A stretch of DNA of 55,811 bases from assembly GCA_036376375.1 (NCBI GenBank), contig DASVAM010000291.1:1-55811 (forward strand), in the 5' to 3' direction. Under the pieces are notes generated by a model. The model ran no database searches. It worked only from the letters and a program-made list of their open reading frames with translations, and had not been told where the DNA came from. Made by a program: the position numbers and the translations under genes. Of this stretch, positions 26,206 to 35,911 are shown piece by piece (the stretch's first letter is position 1; the number at the start of each line of letters is the position of its first letter). The stretch comes from Chitinophagaceae bacterium. GTDB lineage: Bacteria > Bacteroidota > Bacteroidia > Chitinophagales > Chitinophagaceae.

Positions 26206-28716
26206 ATGATACGATTGCATATTTGGCTTACATATTTTTTTTTGTTGCTCGCTCTTGCCGGCAATGGCGCCGATATCTATGTCTCGCCAAAAGGTTCCGA
26301 TGCAAATGATGGATCAAAAGAAAAACCGCTTGCCACGGTGTCGGCAGCATTGCGCAAAGCAAGAGAGATGCGCCGGCTAAATGATTCAACTATCAAAAAC
26401 GGGATCCACATCATTTTGCGGGGTGGTGTATATGTATTGAAGGAGACGATCATGATCCGTGCAGAAGATGCGGGCACGGCCGGTAGCCCGACATTCATTG
26501 AAGCGGCCACCGGCGAACAACCGGTGCTGAGCGGTGGTGTGATGATCAGTGGCTGGAAGAAATTATTGTCGCAAAAAACGGGTTTGCCTGCTGCAGCAAG
26601 CGGAAATGTGTGGGTGGCCGATGTGCCGGTGATAAATGGTGAGTTGTTTGAGTTCCGCCAATTGTGGGTGAATGATGTGAAAGCAGTCAGAGCAAAGAGT
26701 GTGAATGGCGACCGGATGTTACGCATATTGAACTGGAGCAAGAAAGATGAAAGCTGCTGGATACCGACTCCGAAATTTCCTGTGTTGGCCAATGCGACGG
26801 GTGTTGAGCTCTTCATTCATCAATGGTGGGCTATTGCGATGCTGCGCATTAAAAAAATGGAAATGCAGGGCGACAGCACTCAATTATTTTTTCATCAGCC
26901 GGAGAGCCGCATACAAAACGAACATCCCTGGCCGGCGCCCTGGCTATCGAAAGAAACAGGTAACTCGGCTTTTTACCTGGTGAATGCATTACAGTTTTTG
27001 GATGAGCCCGGCGAATGGTATTTGGATATTGCTGCACGTAAAATTTATTATTGGCCACGTCGCGGGGAGGATTTGCAAACAGCTTCAGTTGTTGCGCCTT
27101 ATTTGGAAACATTGTTGAAAATAGAAGGAACGATCGATAGACCTGTTCGATTCACTTCATTTGGAGGAATTTCATTTCAGCATACCGGCTGGTTGCGTCC
27201 TTCACATTTTGGGCATGTGCCACACCAGGCAGGAATGTATATGACAGAAGCATACAGGTTGCGTCCGGCAGGCACAAAAGAAAAACCTGGGTTGGATAAC
27301 CAGGCATGGATCGGGAGACCTGCGGCTGCTGTTGAACTAAATTTTGCTGATAATACTGAGTTTGAAAATTGCCGATTTGAACATTTAGCATCAACAGGAT
27401 TAGATTATCATAAAGCTGTTCACAATAATGTGGTGAAAGGATCTTTATTTAAAGACATTGGGGGCAGTGGATTGCTTGCAGGAGTTTATTCTGATCCCGG
27501 GCATGAAATTCATTTGCCCTGCAATCCAACAGATGAAAGAGAGATTTGTGATGGAATGGTAATCGCTAAGAACTTAATTACGGATGCAACAAATGAGGAT
27601 TGGAGTTGCGTCGGAATTGGTTTGGGTTACACCCGCAATAGCCGGGTAGAGCATAATGAGGTAGAGAATGTTTCTTATACCGGCATCAGCATGGGTTGGG
27701 GTTGGACGACTGCTCCGAATGCAATGAAGAATAATAAAATTATTGGCAACAAGATCCATCATTATGGTAAGCATAATTATGATTGCAGTGGGATTTATAC
27801 ATTGAGCGCACAACCGGGTTCTGTTATCAGTGAAAATTATATTGACAGCATTTATAAAGCGCCGTATGCACATCTGCCTTCGCATTGGTTTTATATCTAT
27901 GCTGATGAGGGGTCGTCAGGTTTTACGGTAAAAGATAACTGGACACCTTCAACAAAATATCTCCAAAATGCAAATGGCCCGGGCAATGAATGGAGCAATA
28001 ATGGACCTGGTGCGGCCGAAACCATAAAACTGAGTGCTGGGTTGCAGACTTCTTATCAGTGGTTGTTGGGGGAACGAGCTGCTTCAAAGTTGAATTTGCC
28101 GATCAATGAAGAACATAATGAAGTGATCGGGATGGTAGTGAAAGATGGAAAGCAGATTGATCTTACTAAGCTAAAGGAATTACTTACTCAAAACAATATT
28201 GATGGCGATGCGATCTATCAATGGCAAAATCATTATGTGATCTTTGCTAAAATTGCTGACGTAGGAGTGATGCAGGGAAGAATACAGAATAATTTTCCTG
28301 ACACTGAAGTAAAAGTGTATCACGATCTGTTTTATGAGTATAACAAAAAGAAGCATTGTCCGGATAAATCAGTTGCAAAAGAATGGGAGTATGTCTTATT
28401 GACGGCAAATTTGGTTGCTGATAAAAAATTGCAAAATGAATATTTAGATTACCACGCCACTCAATTTCAGAAATGGCCGGATATAGCAAAAGGATTTTGC
28501 AATGCAGATTTTCAGCAGTTGCTGATTTTTAGAAACGGAAGGCGGTTGGTGTTGGTGATCAGTATTCCAAAGGGGAAGACCCTGGATGAACTGAATCCAA
28601 AGACAACTGAAAATAACCCAAAGATGGTGGAATGGAATAAAATTATGGGAAAATATCAGGAAGGAATACCTGGCACAAAACCTGGCGAAACCTGGGTATT
28701 CTTAAACCCCCTGTAA
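26206..28716 (+). CDS. Secreted right-handed beta-helix enzyme (GH141-/pectate-lyase-fold-like) fused to a C-terminal L-rhamnose-mutarotase (RhaM-like) domain
   Basis: Signal peptide then 'ADIYVSPKGSDANDGSKEKPLATVSAAL', a typical beta-helix N-cap. Repeated 'N..V.N..' coils around residues 400-560. The last ~110 aa ('EYLDYHATQFQKWPDIAKGFCNADFQQLLIFRNGRRLVLVISIP...MVEWNKIMGKYQEG...WVFL') resemble RhaM/mutarotase ferredoxin-like domains. Confidence 0.65.
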   Translation: MIRLHIWLTYFFLLLALAGNGADIYVSPKGSDANDGSKEKPLATVSAALRKAREMRRLNDSTIKNGIHIILRGGVYVLKETIMIRAEDAGTAGSPTFIEAATGEQPVLSGGVMISGWKKLLSQKTGLPAAASGNVWVADVPVINGELFEFRQLWVNDVKAVRAKSVNGDRMLRILNWSKKDESCWIPTPKFPVLANATGVELFIHQWWAIAMLRIKKMEMQGDSTQLFFHQPESRIQNEHPWPAPWLSKETGNSAFYLVNALQFLDEPGEWYLDIAARKIYYWPRRGEDLQTASVVAPYLETLLKIEGTIDRPVRFTSFGGISFQHTGWLRPSHFGHVPHQAGMYMTEAYRLRPAGTKEKPGLDNQAWIGRPAAAVELNFADNTEFENCRFEHLASTGLDYHKAVHNNVVKGSLFKDIGGSGLLAGVYSDPGHEIHLPCNPTDEREICDGMVIAKNLITDATNEDWSCVGIGLGYTRNSRVEHNEVENVSYTGISMGWGWTTAPNAMKNNKIIGNKIHHYGKHNYDCSGIYTLSAQPGSVISENYIDSIYKAPYAHLPSHWFYIYADEGSSGFTVKDNWTPSTKYLQNANGPGNEWSNNGPGAAETIKLSAGLQTSYQWLLGERAASKLNLPINEEHNEVIGMVVKDGKQIDLTKLKELLTQNNIDGDAIYQWQNHYVIFAKIADVGVMQGRIQNNFPDTEVKVYHDLFYEYNKKKHCPDKSVAKEWEYVLLTANLVADKKLQNEYLDYHATQFQKWPDIAKGFCNADFQQLLIFRNGRRLVLVISIPKGKTLDELNPKTTENNPKMVEWNKIMGKYQEGIPGTKPGETWVFLNPL

Positions 28717-28803
28717 AGCTTGGTGTCTTTGTGTATTCTATGGTTTAAAGAAAACCAGGGGAGGCGCGGCGGACATAAGAAACATAGAGAATAAAAAAGA
28801 GAA

Positions 28804-29883
28804 ATGCAAACAATCGGCATACTAGGATTAGGAGAAGGCAGAAGCACCATGTCAGCAGCATTGCAAAGTAAGAAGCTTACGCTGAAAATTATTTGTGATG
28901 CAAATGAAGAGTTATGCAAACAACGATGTAAAGAATTTGATTTTAAAAATTATACGACGAAATACGATGACATGCTGAAGGATGCTGAGATCGATATCGT
29001 CGCCATTTACACTCCGGATCATTTGCATGCTGAACATATTGCGATGGCCCTGAATGCAGGAAAACATGTCGTTTGCACCAAGCCTTTTATCGATGATCTG
29101 CGCAAGGCAAAAGAATTAATAGCATTGCGAAAGCAAACAGGTAAGAAAGTTTTTGTCGGACAGAGCTCAAGATTTTTTGAACCCTATAAAAGACAGCGTA
29201 AGGATTTCGAAGCTGGGTCGATCGGCGAACTGATCACTGTAGAAAGCCATTATAATGCCGATCACCGCTGGTTCCTTGAAAAAAAATGGGCATTGGAAAA
29301 GACATTTAAATGGCTGTACGGCGGCTTAAGCCACCCTGTTGATTTTATAAGATGGTATATGCCAGACATCGAAGAAGTGATGGGTTATGGGATGATCAGT
29401 GCAAATGGAAAGAAAGCAGGATTAAAAAATGAAGACACGATGCATTTTATTTTAAGGTCCACGGATGGAAGAGTAGCACGGGTTAGCGGAAGTTATACAG
29501 GACCGACACCACCGGTAAAAAGAGATAGTGGCATGACTTGTATATTGAGAGGAACTGAAGGGGCATCGCAGGCCGATTATCATGAACTGCGTTATGCGAT
29601 CACAGACAAAACAGGTGAGGAAAAAATTATTACGTGGGGTGATTCAACGTTGAAATATTATTTCCGGTTTGAAGGACAGAGTCATCATGCCGGAGAGTAT
29701 CAGAATTACCTTGAATATTTTGTTGATTCAATCGAACAGGGCTTTACTGCTTATCCGGATATGAAAGAAGGAATCGGAACAGTGGCTTTGTTGCAGGCTA
29801 TGGATAGAAGCTTACAAACTGGTAAGCCCGTAAATGTTTCTGAAATATTAAATGAATATGGACTTGAACCACTAAGTCACTAA
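28804..29883 (+). CDS. Gfo/Idh/MocA-family NAD(P)-dependent oxidoreductase
   Basis: 'IGILGLGEGRS' Rossmann start. 'DIVAIYTPDHLHAEHIAMALNAGKHVVCTKP' is the canonical family core (EKP-like motif). Confidence 0.85.
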   Translation: MQTIGILGLGEGRSTMSAALQSKKLTLKIICDANEELCKQRCKEFDFKNYTTKYDDMLKDAEIDIVAIYTPDHLHAEHIAMALNAGKHVVCTKPFIDDLRKAKELIALRKQTGKKVFVGQSSRFFEPYKRQRKDFEAGSIGELITVESHYNADHRWFLEKKWALEKTFKWLYGGLSHPVDFIRWYMPDIEEVMGYGMISANGKKAGLKNEDTMHFILRSTDGRVARVSGSYTGPTPPVKRDSGMTCILRGTEGASQADYHELRYAITDKTGEEKIITWGDSTLKYYFRFEGQSHHAGEYQNYLEYFVDSIEQGFTAYPDMKEGIGTVALLQAMDRSLQTGKPVNVSEILNEYGLEPLSH

Positions 29884-29949
29884 GACGCCGGGTGATACAA
29901 AGCCTTCGTGAATCTTTGTGCTTTTGTGTCGTCGTGACGTAAAAAATAA

Positions 29950-31539
29950 ATGAATAAGATCTACGATAAATTAACCGTTCTTGACTTTGCCATTGTTGCA
30001 TTGTACCTGGTTATTTTATTGGTGATTGGGTATATAGCAAGCGTTAAGCAACAAAAGAAAGACGAAACACTATTTCTTGCACAAAACTCACTCAACTGGT
30101 ATAATATCGGCTTCAATATGTGGGGAACGAATGTTGGGCCTTCCTCTTTATTAGCATTTGCAAGTATTGGTTTTACCGCCGGAATTGTTGGCGCCAACTT
30201 TGAATGGTATGCTTTTGTTTTTTTATTGTTGTTGGCAATGGTTTTTGCACCACGATACATGGCAAGTAAAGTCAGCACCATGCCGGAGTATATGGGTCAA
30301 CGATATGGAAAAAGCACACAGGATATTTTAGCAGGGTATGCACTCATAAAGATCCTGATCAGCTGGCTTTCATTGGGCTTGTTTAGCGGTGGCATCCTGG
30401 TCAGGCAAATACTGGGGATCCCGATGTGGCAATCGACCATTGCATTGGTTACTTTTTCAGGCTTGTTCACTTATATGGGCGGACTGAAAGCGATTGCAAA
30501 GGTGAATGTCTTTCAAATGATATTGCTGATCATTGTATCACTCACGTTAACCTATCTGGGGTTAAAAGAACTTGGAGGCATAAAAACCTTAGCCGCTAAA
30601 ACACCTTCAGATTTTTGGAATCTCATCAGGCCGGCATCTGATCCTGGTTATCCATGGCATGCTCTTTTATTAGGTTACCCCGTTTCCGCAGTTGCATTTT
30701 TTTGTACTGACCAAAGTATGGTGCAGTCTGTATTAGGTGCCCGCAATTTAAAACAAGGTCAGCTCGGAGTTAATTTTATCGGCTGGTTAAAAGTATTGGC
30801 ATTACCGATGTTTATTTTGCCGGGTATTATTTGTTATGTGTTATATCCGGACCTTGGCGACGATAAATTAGCCTACATGACCATGGTGACCAGTTTGTTT
30901 CCTTCAGGATTAAATGGTTTGGTGATCTGTGTATTGATTGCTGTGCTGGTCGCCACGATCGGTTCATCTTTAAATGCATTGAGTACCGTTTTCACAAAAG
31001 ATATTTATGTAAATAACATAAACAAAAATGCTACAGTAAAGCAGCAGATCAATGTAGGACGTGTGGTGGTAATTACAGGTTGTGTATTGGCTGTGTTAAT
31101 GGCAATCGCATTGGATAATGTAAAAGGAAAAACATTGTTCGATATCTTTCAATCCATTCTCGGTTATTTGGCCCCACCACTTGCCGTCACTTTTTTGTTG
31201 AGTGTGTTTTGGAAAGGCACTACCAGGCTTGCCGTCAATTTAATATTGTCAGCAGGTTCAGCAGTCAGCCTTTTTGTGGGCATGCTAAACCTGTGGATCC
31301 TGCCACCCGAAAATGAAACGGGTAGGAATACGTGGTGGCCGCATTACTTTTTAGTTTCTTTTTACTTGTTTGTATTTCTGTTTGTCTCCGCCATCACAAT
31401 TTCTTTGCTTGATAAAAATAAAGTGAAGGCAACTATTGAAGAAAATGAATTGCCAAAAACAGATAAGCCGGTGAAAATCCTGTTTGCACTATTGGGACTG
31501 GTCATACTTTCATTATACATCATTTTTAATGGACACTAA
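29950..31539 (+). CDS. Sodium:solute symporter (SSS family, SGLT-like), paralogue 3
   Basis: 529 aa, multi-TM. 'TMPEYMGQRYG' and 'GGLKAIAKVNVFQMI' are typical SSS motifs. Confidence 0.85.
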   Translation: MNKIYDKLTVLDFAIVALYLVILLVIGYIASVKQQKKDETLFLAQNSLNWYNIGFNMWGTNVGPSSLLAFASIGFTAGIVGANFEWYAFVFLLLLAMVFAPRYMASKVSTMPEYMGQRYGKSTQDILAGYALIKILISWLSLGLFSGGILVRQILGIPMWQSTIALVTFSGLFTYMGGLKAIAKVNVFQMILLIIVSLTLTYLGLKELGGIKTLAAKTPSDFWNLIRPASDPGYPWHALLLGYPVSAVAFFCTDQSMVQSVLGARNLKQGQLGVNFIGWLKVLALPMFILPGIICYVLYPDLGDDKLAYMTMVTSLFPSGLNGLVICVLIAVLVATIGSSLNALSTVFTKDIYVNNINKNATVKQQINVGRVVVITGCVLAVLMAIALDNVKGKTLFDIFQSILGYLAPPLAVTFLLSVFWKGTTRLAVNLILSAGSAVSLFVGMLNLWILPPENETGRNTWWPHYFLVSFYLFVFLFVSAITISLLDKNKVKATIEENELPKTDKPVKILFALLGLVILSLYIIFNGH

Positions 31540-31541
31540 TT

Positions 31542-33749
31542 ATGAAGCGGAAAAGAACTTATGAAGTTGTCAGGCGTCAAACGTCAAACGTGAAAAGAAT
31601 TCTTTTCATCGTTTCACTTTTCACCTTTCACATTTCACTGCTTTCGCAAAACGCCACCTGGATCTGGTATCCCGGAGATTATGAAATATGGCTGAGCAAC
31701 CAAATGCAAAACAGGAGAACAGACAGGGAAACGTTTTTTCCAGTATTCTGGAAAATGGATAATCATTATGTCCTGATGGATTTTCATAAAGTGTTTGATC
31801 TGAAAGAACCGGAAGAGGTTTCGATCTATACCGAAGGACAATACAATGTAAAGCTTGATGGAAAACCGTTTGAAGGAACGCCTGCTAAAATAAAGGTACC
31901 TGCCGGTAAACATAAGATCAATATCAAAGTATTTTGCCAGGAAGCCGTGCCATCAATTTACGTTAAAGGAAAAACGATCGTAAGCGATGGAACATGGCTT
32001 ACCACATTTGAAGACAAGGAATGGATCGATGAAACAGGAAAGACATCAGACATTTCAGCTACCAAATGGCTAAATGCAGGTTATTGGAATTTCAGCGATC
32101 CGCTGGCGCCACCATCCAACTTCAAATTACCGGTCACTCCCTTACAAGCAGCCAGCAAACAAGTGAACGATAATTCGATATTGGTTGATTTTGGAAAAGA
32201 GACTTTTGGATTCATCAAACTTCATGGATTGAGGGGTAATGGCAGTCTCACGATTTACTACGGTGAAAGCAGGGAGGAAGCATTGAGTAAAGAGGGCGCG
32301 GTCACAGTGGATAAACTGATCATCGAGAATTCAACTGCCAAAGATTCTATTATGCCATTATCAAAAGCGTTTCGTTATGTGAATATTGTGAGAGAAGGCA
32401 ATGTGCATTTTGAAGATGTATCCATGTTGTATGAGTATGCGGATATTCCGGACAACGGAAGTTTTATTTGTAACGATGAAGAGATAAATAAGATCTATGA
32501 TGTCGCGAAATACACGTTGCATTTAAGTACAAGAGAATTTTTCATTGATGGTATCAAGAGAGATCGCTGGGTGTGGAGCGGTGATGCCTACCAAAGTTAT
32601 TTGATGAATTATTACCTGATGAATGATAATCGCACGGTAACAAGCACGATGTATGCATTGCGCGGTAAAGATCCCGTTACAGGACATATCAATACGATCA
32701 TGGATTATACATTTTACTGGTTCCTGGGCATCTATGATTATTATTTATACAGCGGTGATAAAACGTTTATCCAGCAGAACTATGACCGCATGAAAAGCCT
32801 GATGGATTATGTGCTGGGAAGAAGAAATAAGAATGGATTGCTGGAAGGATTACCTGGTGATTGGATATTCATTGACTGGGCTGCCGGACTAAGCAAGAAA
32901 GGTGAGGTAAGTTTTGAACAATTACTGTTTGCAAGAAGTTTGGAAACAATGGCGCTCTGCGCCGGTATTGTAAATGATAAACAGGCTGCCTCACAATACA
33001 CAGCATTAGCTGCCGATCTGAGGAAAAAGTTATTTACTATTTACTGGAATCAGAAGAAGCAGGCATTGGTGCATAGTCGTGTTGATGGTAAACAAACAGA
33101 TAATGTAACCCGCTACTCAAACATGTTTGCTATTTTCTTTGATTATTTTAATGCACAGCAAAAACAAGCAGTAAAGAAGTCTGTGCTGCTCAACGATAAT
33201 ATTCAGAAGATCACCACCCCCTATATGAGATTTTATGAATTAGAGGCTTTGTGTGCACTGGGTGAACAGAACTATGTGTTGAAAGAAATGAAAGATTACT
33301 GGGGTGGTATGCTGAAATTGGGCGCCACGAGTTTTTGGGAAGAATATAATCCCACAAAGAAAGGAGCGGAGCACTATGCCATGTATGGAAGAGAATTTGG
33401 AAAAAGTCTATGTCATGCATGGGGAGCCAGCCCGATCTATTTGTTAGGTAAATACTATCTTGGCGTAAAGCCAACATCTGCTGGTTACAACACCTATCTT
33501 GTTGAACCAAACCTGGGCGGCCTGCAATGGATGGAAGGGAAAGTGCCCACTCCTGGTGGAAATATTGAATTAAGCATTAGTACTAAGGAAATAAAGATAA
33601 CGGGAGCAGCGGGAACAGGAACTCTTCGTTTCAAAAGCAAAACAAAACCTGAAATCAGTGCCGGCACCATGATTAGCAAAGGCAATAATCTTCATGAATT
33701 GAAAATTGAAAAAGGGAAATCTTATACAATTAAGTATGAATTGAATTAG
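31542..33749 (+). CDS. GH78-related alpha-L-rhamnosidase-like six-hairpin glycosidase
   Basis: 'ATWIWYPGDYEIW' N-terminal motif, 'IKRDRWVWSGDAYQS' (counterpart of the GH78 'RERLGWTGD' region) and 'FWEEYNP'. The hydrophobic N-terminus is encoded by a repeat. Confidence 0.65.
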   Translation: MKRKRTYEVVRRQTSNVKRILFIVSLFTFHISLLSQNATWIWYPGDYEIWLSNQMQNRRTDRETFFPVFWKMDNHYVLMDFHKVFDLKEPEEVSIYTEGQYNVKLDGKPFEGTPAKIKVPAGKHKINIKVFCQEAVPSIYVKGKTIVSDGTWLTTFEDKEWIDETGKTSDISATKWLNAGYWNFSDPLAPPSNFKLPVTPLQAASKQVNDNSILVDFGKETFGFIKLHGLRGNGSLTIYYGESREEALSKEGAVTVDKLIIENSTAKDSIMPLSKAFRYVNIVREGNVHFEDVSMLYEYADIPDNGSFICNDEEINKIYDVAKYTLHLSTREFFIDGIKRDRWVWSGDAYQSYLMNYYLMNDNRTVTSTMYALRGKDPVTGHINTIMDYTFYWFLGIYDYYLYSGDKTFIQQNYDRMKSLMDYVLGRRNKNGLLEGLPGDWIFIDWAAGLSKKGEVSFEQLLFARSLETMALCAGIVNDKQAASQYTALAADLRKKLFTIYWNQKKQALVHSRVDGKQTDNVTRYSNMFAIFFDYFNAQQKQAVKKSVLLNDNIQKITTPYMRFYELEALCALGEQNYVLKEMKDYWGGMLKLGATSFWEEYNPTKKGAEHYAMYGREFGKSLCHAWGASPIYLLGKYYLGVKPTSAGYNTYLVEPNLGGLQWMEGKVPTPGGNIELSISTKEIKITGAAGTGTLRFKSKTKPEISAGTMISKGNNLHELKIEKGKSYTIKYELN
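31584..31638 (+). repeat. 'gtgaaaag/cttttcac' repeat element inside the 5' end of the GH78-like gene
   Basis: 'gtcaaacgtgaaaagaattcttttcatcgtttcacttttcacctttcacatttcac' contains the palindrome 'gtgaaaagaattcttttcat'. A 33-nt stretch matches 33813-33845 with 2 mismatches. Confidence 0.75.
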
Positions 33750-33754
33750 TGTGT

Positions 33755-35809
33755 ATGAAAAAAAAGAATATCCAACCTGAAGAGTCAAATGTGAAATTGA
33801 ACACAGTTCTTGTCATCGTTTCACTTTTCACTTTTCACTTTTCACTTATTGCGCAGAATGGTTTGGTAAATACGCATGCGAGCCCACATGCCAGGCTGAA
33901 TAGCGTTGGCATCGGCGATGTTCAATGGACAAAAGGATTCTGGGCAGAACGGTTTGCAGTTTGTCGTGATGCCATGGTACCGGCGTTGTGGAAGATCTAC
34001 ACAAGCAAGGATATGTGCTATTCATTTCAAAATTTCAGGATCGCGGCGGGATTGGATACGGGCAGGTTTCGTGGCCCATCATTTCATGACGGAGATTTCT
34101 ATAAAACACTGGAAGCAGTAGCGGCGATGTATGCTTCCACAAAGGATAAAAAGCTTGAAGCATGGATGGATGAAGCAATTGATGTGATCGGTAAGGCGCA
34201 AAAAAGCGATGGATATATCTACACAAAGAATATCATTGAACAAAAGAAAACCGGTAAAGAAAAAATGTTCGATGACCAGTTGAGTTTTGAAGCCTACAAT
34301 TTTGGGCACCTGATGACGGCTGCTTGTGTTCATTACCGTGCAACCGGTAAAACAAGCTTGCTGGAAATTGCAAAGAAAGCCGCTGATTTCTTAATTGGTT
34401 TTTATAATACCGCCACACCTGAACAGGCGCGAAATGCAATTTGTCCATCACATTATATGGGACTGATCGAATTGTACAGAACAACAAATGAAAAAAAGTA
34501 TTTAACACTCGTAAACAAACTGATCGATATAAGAGGAACAGTAGAAGGAACAGATGATAACAGCGACCGGGAACCATTCCGCGATATGGATAAAGTGGTA
34601 GGTCATGCGGTAAGAGCAAATTATTTATTTGCCGGTGTTGCTGATGTGTATGCAGAAACCGGCGATGTGACGTTGCTGAATACATTGAATAAACTCTGGG
34701 ATAATGTGATCAATACAAAAATGTATGTGACAGGAGGGTGCGGTGCGTTGTATGATGGCGTTTCTGTAGATGGTACTTCTTACAAGCCGGACACGGTTCA
34801 GAAGGTTCATCAGTCTTATGGAAGAGATTTTCAATTACCCAATTTCAGTGCCCATAATGAAACCTGCGCCAATATTGGCAATGTACTTTGGAACTGGAGG
34901 ATGTTATTGTTGACGGGCGATACAAAGTATGCAGATATTGTTGAGCTGGCCTTATATAATAGTGTCCTGAGCGGAATAGATATGAAGGGAACAAAATTCT
35001 TCTATACAAACCCACTTGCTGCGTCTGCAGATTATCCTTATCATTTGCGCTGGGAAGGGGGAAGGACGGAATATATCAGTAAGTCAAATTGTTGCCCACC
35101 GAATACGGTACGCACCATCGCTGAAGTCAATAATTATTTCTACAGCATCGGAGAAAAAGGATTGTATATTAACATGTATGGTGGCAATTCGCTTAATACA
35201 GAATTGCATGATGGATCTGACATAAAATTAGAGCAAACGACTAACTATCCCTGGGATGGGAAAATTGTTATTACGATAAATGAGAACACGACATCACCCA
35301 CTTCTATTTTTTTAAGAATTCCGGGATGGTGTAAGAATGCAGACATTAGAATAAATGGCAGAAATGTCTCCGAGGCGGTTCGGTTACACACCTACAATGA
35401 ATTAAAACGCTCATGGAAAAAGGGTGACAGAATTGAATTGATCCTGGATATGCCGGCGACTTTAATTGAAAGCAACCCACTGGTGGAAGAAACAAAAAAT
35501 CGAGTCACTGTAAAGAAAGGGCCAATAGTGTATTGCCTGGAGAGTGCTGATTTGCCGGGTCAAAACGTTTTTGATGTGATAGTTCCGGCATCGATCAAGC
35601 TGCAAGCTGTATCAATGAAAATCGCTGATGGTAAGGTGATAGCATTAACAGGACAGGCAAAATTGTTGCAAAGCATCAACTGGAAAAATAGTTTATACAA
35701 GGAATTAAATACAAATACCAAACCTGTAACATTAAAACTCATTCCGTATTACGCCTGGGCAAACCGGGGTAAAACTGATATGACAGTTTGGTTAAATGTG
35801 CAGAGGTAA
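33755..35809 (+). CDS. Glycoside hydrolase family 127 (beta-L-arabinofuranosidase / aceric-acid-hydrolase family, DUF1680)
   Basis: 'GHAVRANYLFAGVADVY', 'HNETCANIGNVLW' and 'SNCCPPNTVRTIA' (Cys-rich Zn/catalytic motifs of GH127). The ATG at 33755 is preferred over the GTG at 33749. Confidence 0.85.
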   Translation: MKKKNIQPEESNVKLNTVLVIVSLFTFHFSLIAQNGLVNTHASPHARLNSVGIGDVQWTKGFWAERFAVCRDAMVPALWKIYTSKDMCYSFQNFRIAAGLDTGRFRGPSFHDGDFYKTLEAVAAMYASTKDKKLEAWMDEAIDVIGKAQKSDGYIYTKNIIEQKKTGKEKMFDDQLSFEAYNFGHLMTAACVHYRATGKTSLLEIAKKAADFLIGFYNTATPEQARNAICPSHYMGLIELYRTTNEKKYLTLVNKLIDIRGTVEGTDDNSDREPFRDMDKVVGHAVRANYLFAGVADVYAETGDVTLLNTLNKLWDNVINTKMYVTGGCGALYDGVSVDGTSYKPDTVQKVHQSYGRDFQLPNFSAHNETCANIGNVLWNWRMLLLTGDTKYADIVELALYNSVLSGIDMKGTKFFYTNPLAASADYPYHLRWEGGRTEYISKSNCCPPNTVRTIAEVNNYFYSIGEKGLYINMYGGNSLNTELHDGSDIKLEQTTNYPWDGKIVITINENTTSPTSIFLRIPGWCKNADIRINGRNVSEAVRLHTYNELKRSWKKGDRIELILDMPATLIESNPLVEETKNRVTVKKGPIVYCLESADLPGQNVFDVIVPASIKLQAVSMKIADGKVIALTGQAKLLQSINWKNSLYKELNTNTKPVTLKLIPYYAWANRGKTDMTVWLNVQR
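33785..33845 (+). repeat. Second copy of the 'gtgaaa...tttcacttttcac' element inside the 5' end of the GH127 gene
   Basis: 'gtcaaatgtgaaattg...tcatcgtttcacttttcacttttcacttttcac'. Encodes 'SNVK...VIVSLFTFHFSL', compared with 'SNVK...FIVSLFTFHISL' in the upstream gene. Confidence 0.75.
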
Positions 35810-35878
35810 ACTCACTGAATCGAAGTACAATGAGAACTGGTAATGAAGAAACTTTAAAAAATAAGGACTCTAAAAGTC

Positions 35879-35911
35879 GCTCTCCTTTGGAGAGGGGTTT
35901 GGGGTGAGGTC
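35879..35911 (+). repeat. 'GGAGAGGGG..GGGGTGAGGT' element, copy b, ending 1 nt before the ATG
   Basis: 'gctctcctttggagaggggtttggggtgaggtc' with hairpin 'ctctcc ttt ggagag'. Confidence 0.7.

Noticed and set aside
33813-33848. Tandem 'tttcactt' units as a possible CRISPR array or microsatellite locus
   Set aside because: The period is only ~8 nt, there are no spacers, the units lie inside a coding N-terminus, and a homologous copy exists at 31606-31638. This is a small palindromic repeat family, not CRISPR.
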